Source of the DNA: Chiloscyllium plagiosum
Lineage: Eukaryota
Direction of reading: 5' to 3'
DNA: 20,000 nucleotides
Assembly: GCF_004010195.1 (NCBI RefSeq)
Contig: NC_057752.1
Location: 14,222,709-14,242,708, forward strand
The notes under the pieces were generated by a model. It saw only the letters and a program-made list of their open reading frames with translations, did not search any database and was not told the DNA's origin. Positions 10,971 to 19,867 of the stretch are shown here, piece after piece (position 1 is the stretch's first letter; each line of letters starts with the position of its first letter). Made by a program: the position numbers and the translations under genes.

Positions 10971-11349
10971 CTTGATAGTACTGTTGTTGTTTCCAGAACC
11001 TATGTTATGGTGAGGGGTCCGATAACGACAGAATTGAATTGATGGATCCAAGAGGTTATTAAAAGATTAACTGTCTTTGATGTCGCTATGAAGTCCAACA
11101 TTTGGTTTTCTTGGAGATTTAAGTACTTGAAGGATTTTAAAGTATTGAATGGGCTTTTAGCAATGAAATATTATATATAGTGAAGTCTTGATACTTTAAA
11201 CTTCGTTTTATTTTATTCCAACATTGCTCCTGAGTCGACCCAATATTAGGTCATGGGTGAGTTGACACTGGTGATGTAAGGGTGGTTGCATAACTTGGCA
11301 TTGGGAGTATACAGCACCATAGGGATGAGTTGGAGGGTCATGGGTTGGC

Positions 11350-11686
11350 ATAAGTCATAGAGACGTACAGCACGGAAACAGACCCTTCGGTCCAACTCGT
11401 CCATGCCTTCCAGATATCCTAAATTCATCTAGCCCCATTTCCCAGCACTTGGCCCATATCCCTCTAAACACTTCCTATTCACGTACCAATCCAGATGCCC
11501 TTCAAATGTTGCAATTGTACCAGCCTCCACCATGTTACATACACACACAACCCTCTGCGTGAAAAAGTTGCCCTTTCGGTCCCTTTGAAATCCTTTCTCC
11601 TCTCACCTTATACCCATGCCCCTCTAGTTCTGGACTCCCCCATCCCAGGGAAAAGACCCTATTTACCCTATCCATGCTCCTCATGA
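11350..11686 (-). mobile_element. CR1 LINE (HER1-like) 3' end with internal deletions
   Basis: GTCATAGAGACGTACAGCACGGAAACAGACCCTTCGGTCCAAC..., collinear with 579-930. Confidence 0.9.
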
Positions 11687-11725
11687 ATGAAACATCTATC
11701 ACCCATCCTTGAACTGAGTGGCATT

Positions 11726-11865
11726 CTGGGCTATTTCAGAGGGTGGCTGCAAGCACTGCTGTGGGGTCTGGAGTCACGTGTAGGCCCAGACCAGGTAAGG
11801 ACATCAGATTTCCTTCCCTCAAGAACATGAGTGAACCCAATGGGGCTTTTATGACAATCGATGAC
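11726..11865. mobile_element. Old interspersed repeat fragment, probably LINE-derived
   Basis: GTAAGGACATCAGATTTCCTTCCC..ATGAGTGAACC is homologous to GTAAGGAGAGCAGATTTCCCTTCC..CATTCATGAACC in 13435-13580. Confidence 0.5.
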
Positions 11866-11879
11866 TGAATAAAAACCGT

Positions 11880-11955
11880 GGGTCATCAGAAATCTTAACC
11901 TTGATGTCTCTCCACAGACCCTGCCTGACCTGCCGAGCTTTCCCAGCAACGTCTG
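11880..11955 (+). mobile_element. Decayed Penelope-like terminal element fragment
   Basis: CTGCCTGACCTGCCGAGCTTTCCCAGCAAC matches CTGCCTGACCTGCTGCGCTTTTCCAGCAAC (9551, 19201); upstream GGGTCATCAGAAATCTTAAC may be a hammerhead remnant. Confidence 0.55.
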
Positions 11956-12019
11956 CACAGGATTACTGAGGTGAGCTTCATAGTTGAGATTTCTATCCCT
12001 GTTTTGGAAAGCCCACCAC

Positions 12020-12101
12020 TCCTGGGGTGAGATTTGAACCCATTCCCCAGAGCGTTGAGACCGGGTCAGATGGAGTCCAGTGACGGTGCCCGCACGCCAC
12101 C
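12020..12101 (-). mobile_element. Old tRNA-derived SINE head
   Basis: Minus strand GGTGGCGTG...GTCACTGGACT...CTCTGGGGAATGGGTTCAAATCTCACC (B-box); a related decayed copy lies at about 15465-15555. Confidence 0.5.
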
Positions 12102-12302
12102 TTGAGGCTTTGCCCTTTACAACTTGCGACCAGAGGGGAAGGGGGGGGGGCGGGGAGGTGTAATTTCAGGACGAAAATGGAAGACTTTCCAATGCTCGGG
12201 GATAGGATCCCCCTTTGCTGTTTTTCCACTCCTGTCCCACCACCCAGGCATCCATTCACCTGGTCACGGGCACAGTGTGTAAAACAATCCCATGTGGCAT
12301 TC

Positions 12303-12435
12303 GGAGAAAGTGAGGACGGCAGATGCTGAAGAGTCAGAGTCAAAAAGTGTGGCGCTGGGAAATCACAGCAGGTCAGGCAGCATCCGAGGAGCAGGAGAAT
12401 CGACATTTCGGGCACAAGCCCTTCATCAGGAATGA
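12303..12435 (-). mobile_element. Short Penelope-like terminal element (family A variant) with hammerhead core at 12402-12429
   Basis: Homologous along its length to 9290-9420; core CUGAUGA-A-GGGC(UUGU)GCCC-GAAA-UGUC (CpG-type change in stem III). Confidence 0.75.
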
Positions 12436-12679
12436 AAGCAAACTGCCAAGCAATCACTATCCAATGGCAGGTAGCCGTTCCAATATATGCTCCCTCTCTG
12501 CATCTTTTTACTTGGGATTGTATGAGCCAACCATCAAGAAGCCAGCAACCGACTTTGTCCCTGCAGGAGTCCCAGCAGCTCTTCCAGGCACAAGATTAAG
12601 GTAAAAATTTGTGTTGAGATGGGGCGATAATGACAGCAGGGAACAGTTAAGGAGAGGGTGCAGTTTGTTCCGAATCTCA

Positions 12680-13278
12680 GAGCATCGAGTAGAGGAGTTG
12701 GGAGGTCGTGTTGCAGCTGTACAGGATGTTGGACAGACCGCTTTTGGAATACTGCATTCAATTCTCTCGACTTGAGGGAGGATGTTGTAAAACTTGAAAG
12801 GGTTCAGAAAAGATTTACAAGGATGTTGTTGGGGTTGAGCTATAGGGAGAGACTGAACAGGCTGGGACTGTTTTCCCTGGAGCGTCGGAGGCTGAGGGGT
12901 GACCTTATAGAGGTTTATAAAATCATGAGGGGCATGGATAGGGTAAATAGGCAAAGTCTTTTCCCTGGGGTGGGGGAATCCAGAACTAGAGGGCATAGGT
13001 TTAGGGTGAGAGGGGAAAGATATAAAAGAGACCTAAGGGGCAACTTTTTTTCATGCAGAGGGTGGTATGTGTATGGAATGAGCTGCCAGAGGATGTGGTG
13101 GAGGCTGGTACAGTTACAGCATTTAAAGGACATCCAAATGGATATATGAATAAGAAGGGTTTAGAGGAATACGGGCCAAGTGCTGGAAAATGGGATAAGA
13201 TTAATTGAAGCTATCTGGTCAGCATGGACGAGTTGGACTGAACGGTCTGTTTCTGTGCGCTGTACACCTCTATGACTG
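12680..13278 (+). mobile_element. CR1 LINE (HER1-like) 3' portion
   Basis: EDVVKLERVQKRFTRML..LSYRERLNRLGLFSLERRRLRGDLIEVYKIMRGMDRVNRQSLFPGVGESRTRGHRFRVRGERYKRDLRGNFF, 3' UTR and CTCTATGACT tail. Confidence 0.95.
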
Positions 13279-13607
13279 AATGCCTTACAGCACAGGAAGT
13301 GGTGAGGTGAGTATTGAAAGGGATTTGGGCAGGCAATGTTAATATGGTAAATGACATTATCCATTTTGGAAAACAAAAAGGGAAGGCCAAGTATTTCTTA
13401 CCGACGAGGCTGAGTCCCTCATCTCTGAGTCACTTTTTTTAAATTCACTCCCAGGATGCAGGCATCACTAACTATTATTGACCATCTCTGAGTTCAGAGT
13501 CAACCACATTGTTAGGAATCTGTTAAGCAGACTGAGTAAGGAGAGCAGATTTCCCTTCCAAAAGGCATTCATGAACCATCACAGTTGCTCACCATTTACG
13601 ATTTGGT

Positions 13608-13717
13608 GTTGGACTGGGGTGGACAAAGTTAAAAATCCCAAACACCAGGTTATAGTCCAACAGGTCTATTTGGAAGCACTAGCTTTCGGAGTGCTGCTCC
13701 TTCATCGGGAGGTTGTG
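13608..13717 (-). mobile_element. Short Penelope-like terminal element (family B) with hammerhead core at 13680-13708 (U4-to-C)
   Basis: Minus strand CCGAUGA-A-GGAG(CAGCA)CUCC-GAAA-GCUA-GUGCUUCCAAAUAGACCUGUUGGACUAUAACCUGGUGUU; homologous to 15003-15036 plus 15357-15420. Confidence 0.7.
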
Positions 13718-13720
13718 ACC

Positions 13721-14994
13721 TCATAGAGTCATAGAGATGTACATCACTGCTTCGGTCCAACCCGTCCATGCTGACCAGATATCCCAACCCAATCTAGTCC
13801 CACCTGCCAGCACCCGGCCCATATCCCTCCAAACCCTTCCTATTCATATACCCATTCAAATGCCTCTTAAATGTTGCAATTGTACCAGCCTCCACCACTT
13901 CCTCTGGCAGCTCATTCCATTCACGAACCACCCTCTGTGTGCAAAAATTGTCCCGTAGGTCTCTTTTATATCTTTCTCCTCTCACCTTAAACCTATGCCC
14001 TCTAGTCCTGGACTCCCCGACCCCAGGGAAAAGACTTTGTCTATTTATCCTATCCATGCCTCTCNNNNNNNNNNNNNNNNNNNNNNNNNNNNNNNNNNNN
14101 NNNNNNNNNNNNNNNNNNNNNNNNNNNNNNNNNNNNNNNNNNNNNNNNNNNNNNNNNNNNNNNNNNNNNNNNNNNNNNNNNNNNNNNNNNNNNNNNNNNN
14201 NNNNNNNNNNNNNNNNNNNNNNNNNNNNNNNNNNNNNNNNNNNNNNNNNNNNNNNNNNNNNNNNNNNNNNNNNNNNNNNNNNNNNNNNNNNNNNNNNNNN
14301 NNNNNNNNNNNNNNNNNNNNNNNNNNNNNNNNNNNNNNNNNNNNNNNNNNNNNNNNNNNNNNNNNNNNNNNNNNNNNNNNNNNNNNNNNNNNNNNNNNNN
14401 NNNNNNNNNNNNNNNNNNNNNNNNNNNNNNNNNNNNNNNNNNNNNNNNNNNNNNNNNNNNNNNNNNNNNNNNNNNNNNNNNNNNNNNNNNNNNNNNNNNN
14501 NNNNNNNNNNNNNNNNNNNNNNNNNNNNNNNNNNNNNNNNNNNNNNNNNNNNNNNNNNNNNNNNNNNNNNNNNNNNNNNNNNNNNNNNNNNNNNNNNNNN
14601 NNNNNNNNNNNNNNNNNNNNNNNNNNNNNNNNNNNNNNNNNNNNNNNNNNNNNNNNNNNNNNNNNNNNNNNNNNNNNNNNNNNNNNNNNNNNNNNNNNNN
14701 NNNNNNNNNNNNNNNNNNNNNNNNNNNNNNNNNNNNNNNNNNNNNNNNNNNNNNNNNNNNNNNNNNNNNNNNNNNNNNNNNNNNNNNNNNNNNNNNNNNN
14801 NNNNNNNNNNNNNNNNNNNNNNNTCCATGTTGACTATCCCTAATCAGTCCTTGCCTTTCCAAATACATGTAAATCCTGTCCCTCAGGATTCCCTCCAACA
14901 ACTTGCCCACCACCGAGGTCAGGCTCACTGGTCTATAGTTCCCTGGCTTGTCCTTACCACCCTTCTTAAACAGTGGCACCACATTAGCCAACCT
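13721..14994 (-). mobile_element. Young CR1 LINE (HER1-like), probably one element spanning the assembly gap
   Basis: 3' end with TCATAGAGTCATAGAG tail and open C-terminal frame left of the gap; RLANVVPLFKKGGKDKPGNYRPVSLTSVVGKLLEGILRDRIY..IRDSQHG right of the gap, same strand and correct order. Confidence 0.88.
14065..14823. other. Assembly gap
   Basis: Run of N. Confidence 1.
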
Positions 14995-15002
14995 GATGAA
15001 GG

Positions 15003-15420
15003 TCACCTGATGAAGGAGCGGCGCTCTGAAAGCTAGATTTTTTTTTTAGATTACTTTACAGTGTGGAAACAGGCCCTTCGGCCCAACAAGTCCACACCGA
15101 CCCGCCGAAGCGCAAACCACCCATACCCCTACATTTACCCCTTACCTCATACTACGGACAATTTAACATGGCCAATTCACCTAACCTGCACATCTTTGGA
15201 CTGTGGGAGGAAACCGGAGCACCCGGAGGAAACCCACGCAGACACAGGGAGAACGTGCAAACTCCACACAGTCAGTCGCCTGAGGCGGGAATTGAACCCG
15301 GGTCTCTGGCGCTGCGAGGCAGCAGTGCTAACCACTGTGCCACCGTGCCGCCCACTGTGCTTCCAAATAAACCTGTTGGACTATAAACTGGTGTTGTGGG
15401 ATTTTTAACTTTGCTCACCA
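15003..15420 (+). mobile_element. Family B Penelope-like terminal element split by a SINE; hammerhead core at 15007-15035
   Basis: CAC-CUGAUGA-A-GGAGC(GGC)GCUCU-GAAA-GCUA-G, resuming at 15357 as GTGCTTCCAAATAAACCTGTTGGACTATAAACTGGTGTT, collinear with the reverse complement of 13620-13708. Confidence 0.75.
15037..15353 (-). mobile_element. Young full-length HE1-like V-SINE
   Basis: Minus strand starts GGGCGGCACGGTGGCACAGTGGTTAGCAC, B-box GGTTCAATTCC, V-domain, tail TAATCTAAAAAAAAAATC; CpGs retained. Confidence 0.95.
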
Positions 15421-15599
15421 TTTAGGCTAACGTTTTATTTTAAAACAAAGGTTGAATTGTAATTTCACCACCTACCGTGGTGAAGCCATGCCCCAAAACA
15501 TTAACCTGGGATTCGCAACAGCTCGTCCAGTGGCATTGCCACAATGCCATGCCACACGTCAACAGGCTAGGCAATTGGAAAGGTGAAGGGTGTGTCAGC

Positions 15600-16790
15600 C
15601 TTCATCACAAGGTGATTTCAGTGCAGGAGTTAAGATAACGTGCAGTGGTACAGAGCCTCGGTGGTGGGGCAGTGCCCAGAGCGCCAACAAGGACAAAAAT
15701 CACCACTACCAGCTCCCCCACATTTGTGGGAACGGCTGGGTAAACTCTGCACTCGGCTTCATGTCGACAGTGCAGGCCCTTACATGGGCTCAACGTTCTT
15801 AGTCATTGTCGACTCAAAATGGTCAGATGTGAATCGAGATCATTCGTCAAACACGGGGACAATGGCACAAAAACAGCAAGCAGCTTTTGAAATATATGGA
15901 CTCCTGGAAGTGTTGGTCACAGGCCATCGTTTACCAGCAGTAAATTTGAGTATTTTCTAAAGTCGAATGGTATTCATAATATACGGACAGCTCCATACAA
16001 TCCATCATCCAATGGCCTGGCCGAAAGAACAGTCCAAACTTTGAAGGCAGGCTGAAAGAAACAGCCTACAGTGTCACTTGATACCAAACTGTCCCAGTTC
16101 CCATCTGCTTATTGGACCATCCCTCATGCAATGACAGGGACAGCTCCAGCAGAGTTGCTAATGGGAAGAGGACTCCTCATCAGGTTAAACCTGGTCTTCC
16201 CGGACCTGTGGGGGTGGGGAGGGGGATGGGATTTCGGGGGGGGGGTGGGTGGCGGTGGGTGAAATGGCATCAGGAACGGGAATGGCGGACACAAGACTCT
16301 ACCAGCCGAGAGAGACAGTTTACCTCGGGTGATGAAGCTTAGTGTGTTGGCATTGCAGGAATGGCCCTGCGTGGGTAACAGGCATGGTCGATGTGAGGTC
16401 AGGCCCAGTGACGTATAAAGTTCAGGTAGGTGCGATGGTTCTGAACAAACATGTGGACCATATGGAAGCTGCAAACCATGCAGGAGCCAAATGGGCCCAG
16501 CTCCTTGACAGCCTGTCCAACTGTTCCCGAACCTAGGAGTTCTCTCTCTCTGTCAAGTGTTGAAGAGACCTCGGAATCTGAGATGGACACGGTGGATCTC
16601 GCTACCTCGACGCCTTTGCAGGCTGAAGAAGAGAATTAATTTCTGTCGAGATACTCCTGGCCCTCAGGGGCGAGGTAATGTCTGTTACACGCCACCCATA
16701 TTCAAAGCAGAGTTGTCAGTGCTAAAACGCCCCAGGAGGACCAACAAAAACCAGAACCAGCCGATGTCCTCAGACTCAGAGGGACAGGGA
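15600..16790 (+). mobile_element. Decayed Gypsy/Ty3 LTR retrotransposon integrase region
   Basis: Broken-frame motifs: GQCPERQQGQKSP..HLWERLGKLCTRLHVDSAGPYMGSTFLVIVDSKW; FLKSNGIHNIRTAPYNPSSNGLAERTVQTLK; TIPHAMTGTAPAELLMGR; WVTGMVDVRSGPVTYKV...HVDHM; purine-rich PPT AGAGGGACAGGGA at 16778-16790. Confidence 0.9.
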
Positions 16791-17014
16791 TGTCGGGATT
16801 GTAACAGGATCAGCTGGTGCAGGTTCCTAGACTGGGGCTGTTAACCTGGTTCAATCAGGGAGCCCTGGCTGACAAATAGAAACAGCAGTGTCAGGGGTTC
16901 TGCTCACTCTGAGAGCTGGCTCAGAGGTAGCTGGATCAGGGTCAGGGGTTCTCTACATGGAAATAAAGGGGGATCTTGGTGAAGGGATGCCAGTCTCTGT
17001 GGAGTTATTTTACA
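16791..17014 (+). mobile_element. 3' LTR of the Gypsy element
   Basis: Begins TGT directly after the PPT, ends TTACA, AATAAA at 16962-16967; no 5' LTR is visible to confirm the boundaries. Confidence 0.7.
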
Positions 17015-18680
17015 TGGAAACAGACCCTTCACTGACCAGATATCCCAACCTAATCTAGTCCCATTCGCCAGCACCTGGCACATATCCCTCTAAACCCTTC
17101 CTATTCATATACCCATCCAAATGCCTTTTAGATGTTGTAATTGTACCAGCCTCCACCACTTCCTCTGGTAGCTCATTCCATACACGTACCACCCTCTGTG
17201 TGAAAACGTTGCCCTTTAGGTCCCTTTTAAATCTTTCCCCTCTCACGTTAAACCTATGCCCCTCACCTTTCTTAAATAATGGCACCACGTTAGCCAACCT
17301 ATTTATCCTATCCATGCCCCTCATGACTTTATAAACCCCTATAAGGTCACCCCTCAGTCTCTGACACTCCAGGGAAAACAGCCCCAGCCTGTTCAGCCTC
17401 TCCCTACAGCTCAGACTCTCCAACCCTGGCAACATCCTTGTAAATCTTTACTGAACCCTTTCAGGTTTCACCACATCCTTCCGATAGCAGGGAGACCAAA
17501 ACTGAACACAGCATTCCAGCCTAACCAATGTCCTGTACAGCCGCAACATGACCTCCCAACTACTGTACTCAATACTCTGACCAATAAAGGAAAGCATACC
17601 AAACGCCGCCTTCACTATCCTATCTACCTGCGACTCCACTTTCAAGGAGCTATGAACCTGCACTCCAAGGTCTCTTTGTTCAGCAACACTCCCCATGACC
17701 TTACTGTAAAATGTATAAGTCCTGCCCTGATTTATCTTTCCAAAATGCAGCACCTCACATTTATCTGAATTAAACTTCATCTGCCACTTTGGCCCATCTG
17801 ATCAAGATCCTGTTGTACTCTGAGGTAACCTTCTTTGCTGTCCACTATACCACAAATTTTGATATCTTCTTCAAACTTACCGGCCATACCTCCTACGCTC
17901 CCATCCACGGCACGGTGGCACAGTGGTTAGCTCTGCTGCCTCACAGCACCAGAGACCCAGGTTCAATTCCCACCTGTCTGTGTGGAGTTTGCACATTCTC
18001 CCTGTGTCTGCGTGGATTTCCTCCCACAGTCCCAAAATGTGCAGGTTAGGGTGGATTGGCCATGCCAAATTCCCTGTAGTGTTAGGTGTAGGGGAATGGG
18101 TCTGGGAGGGTTGCTCTTCAGCGGGTCGGTGTGGACGTTTTGGGCCAAAGGGCCTGTTTCCACACTGTAAGTAATCGAATCATTTATATAAATGTCAAAA
18201 AGTAGTGGACCCAGCACCGAGCTCTGGGTAAAACCACTGGGTCACAGGTCTCTAGTCTGAAAAACAACCCTCCACCAGCACTCTGTATCTCTCTTACCTT
18301 CAAACTAATTTTGTATCCAAGTGGCTAGCTCCCCCCAGATTCCACGTGATCTAACCTTTTTAACCAGTCTACCATGTGGAACCTTGTCAAATGCCTTGCT
18401 GAAGTCTGTATAGACAATATCTACCGCTCTACCTTCATCAATCTTCTTCGTTACTTCTTCAATAAACTAGATTAAGTTTGTGAGACATGATTTCCCACGT
18501 ACAAAGCCAAGTTGATGATCCCAAATCAGTCCTCGCCTTTTCAAATGCATGTCAATCCTGTCCCTCAGGATTCCCTCCATCAACTTGCCCACCGTCAGGC
18601 TCACCGGTCTACAGTTCCCTGGCTTTTCCTTACCACCTTTCTTAAATAATGACACCACGTTAGCCAACCTCCAGTCTTCA
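17015..18680 (-). mobile_element. CR1 LINE (HER1-like), RT to 3' UTR, with deletions and a nested SINE
   Basis: ANVVSLFKKGGKEKPGNCRPVSLT..GFVRGKSCLTNLI; MKFNSDKCEVLHFGK..QRDLGVQVH; RLRGDLIGVYKVMRG..VWNELPEEVV. Confidence 0.95.
17908..18181 (+). mobile_element. HE1-like V-SINE inserted in CR1
   Basis: CGGCACGGTGGCACAGTGGTTAGC, GGTTCAATTCC, V-domain, tail CTGTAAGTAATCGAATC. Confidence 0.93.
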
Positions 18681-19114
18681 CTCGGAGAGTTTAAAATTAA
18701 TAGGAAGAAATCTTAAAAAGATTGCTGGTGCTTGAAGATAACAACGCACAGGGACCGGATGAGATGTAACCAAGGATTTTGAAGAAAGGTGAGGGTGGAG
18801 ATTGCAAGGTCACTGGCTACAATCTTTCCTGGACTTGGGAATGTGCCAGAAGACCAGAGAATTGTAAACATGACAGCCTCATCCAAGAAAGGTTGTCATA
18901 ATAAATCCCAGTAATTACAGGCCAGCGAGTCTAACTTCAGTGGGAAAACTTCTAGAAACCATTATCCTGGATAGAATTAGTAATCACACAGAGAAAGGTG
19001 AGATGATTAGGAAAAGCCAGCACAGATTTCTCAGGGGTAAGTCATGTTTAGAGCTGAAAATGTGTTGCTGGAAAAGTGCAGCAGGTCAGTCGGCATCCAA
19101 GGAGCAGGAGAATC

Positions 19115-19142
19115 GACGTTTCGGGCATGAGCCCTTCTTCAG
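19115..19142 (-). ncRNA. Minimal type-I hammerhead ribozyme core, intact
   Basis: CUGAAGA-A-GGGC(UCAU)GCCC-GAAA-CGUC. Confidence 0.75.
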
Positions 19143-19151
19143 GAACTCTTC

Positions 19152-19179
19152 CTGAAGAAGGGCTCATGCCCGAAACGTC
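19152..19179 (+). ncRNA. Minimal type-I hammerhead ribozyme core, intact
   Basis: CUGAAGA-A-GGGC(UCAU)GCCC-GAAA-CGUC. Confidence 0.75.
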
Positions 19180-19867
19180 GATTCTCCTGCTCCTTGGATG
19201 CTGCCTGACCTGCTGCGCTTTTCCAGCAACACATTTTCAGCTCTGATCTCCAGCATCTGCAGTCCTCGCTTTCTCCCTGAGCGATAGGGAACACAGTCGG
19301 TGGGAGTGGGGTTCTCCAGGGCTGTGTTTTTGAGACCATTGCTTTTCCTGATGTACCTTAACAATCTGGATCTTGCGGTAAAGGTGACAATTTCAACGCT
19401 TGCAGATGACACCAGCATGCAGAAGCGATTTACAGGCATGGTTCCAGGGATGAGGATCGATTAATGACGTTGGGATTGTTCTCCCTGGGAGAGCAGAAGG
19501 CTGAGAGGGCAATCTGATCGAGATTTTCAGAATCATGAGTGAGTTGGACAGAGTCGACAGGGAGGAGCCGATTCCACGAAGAGGGGCCTCGATTTAAAGT
19601 GACACGTGAATGGTGGAAGAGCGATGTGAGGAAAATCCTTTTCACTCAGCAAGAATACATTGCCTGAAAATGTGGAGTCAGGTTCAAGCCAGGGATTCAA
19701 AAGGGGCATTGGATGTTTATTTGGATAGGAATGGGGTAAAGACAGGAAATTGGCCCCAAAGGGATAGAATCAGAGCTGGTATGATCAGCCGGATGACCTC
19801 CTTCAGTCCCATAACAATTCTGTCATCCTGTGTAATGTCACCTATGGCAATTTGTTATCATATTTTG

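Larger units (their letters stand above)
19050..19276. mobile_element. Head-to-head inverted pair of family A Penelope-like terminal elements
   Basis: 19050-19145 is the reverse complement of 19149-19244 (3 mismatches by eye, 3-nt spacer CTC); the right arm continues to the family 3' end GCAGTCCTCGCTTTCTCC. Confidence 0.85.
18715..19825 (+). mobile_element. Old, heavily deleted CR1 LINE ORF2 remnant, interrupted at 19050-19276
   Basis: GPDEM*PRILK, NYRPASLTS, GKLLETIILDRISNH..IRKSQHRFLRGKSCL, PLLFLMYLNNLD..ISTLADDT, then GLFSLGEQKAER-like C-terminal remnants. Confidence 0.82.

Noticed and set aside
10975..11345. Unique AT-rich stretch with an acceptor-like TTGTTTCCAG and short frame NLCYGEGSDNDRIELMDPRGY*
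   Set aside because: Too short, no homology recognised, and no supporting donor or poly(A) context
12567..12600. Possible 34-nt plus-strand micro-exon (CCCTGCAG|...AAG|GTAAAA)
   Set aside because: Splice-like signals alone are common, the length is not a multiple of 3, no recognisable peptide, and it is on the opposite strand from the better exon candidate
13794..15036. ORFs of 282-365 aa
   Set aside because: Gap-spanning artefacts; the real residues are CR1 ORF2 pieces
19050..19276. Interpretation as a MITE/DNA transposon or a pre-miRNA
   Set aside because: The arms also occur singly (12303-12435, 19868-20000), are unequal in length and have variable junctions, which fits inverted retroelement termini better than fixed TIRs
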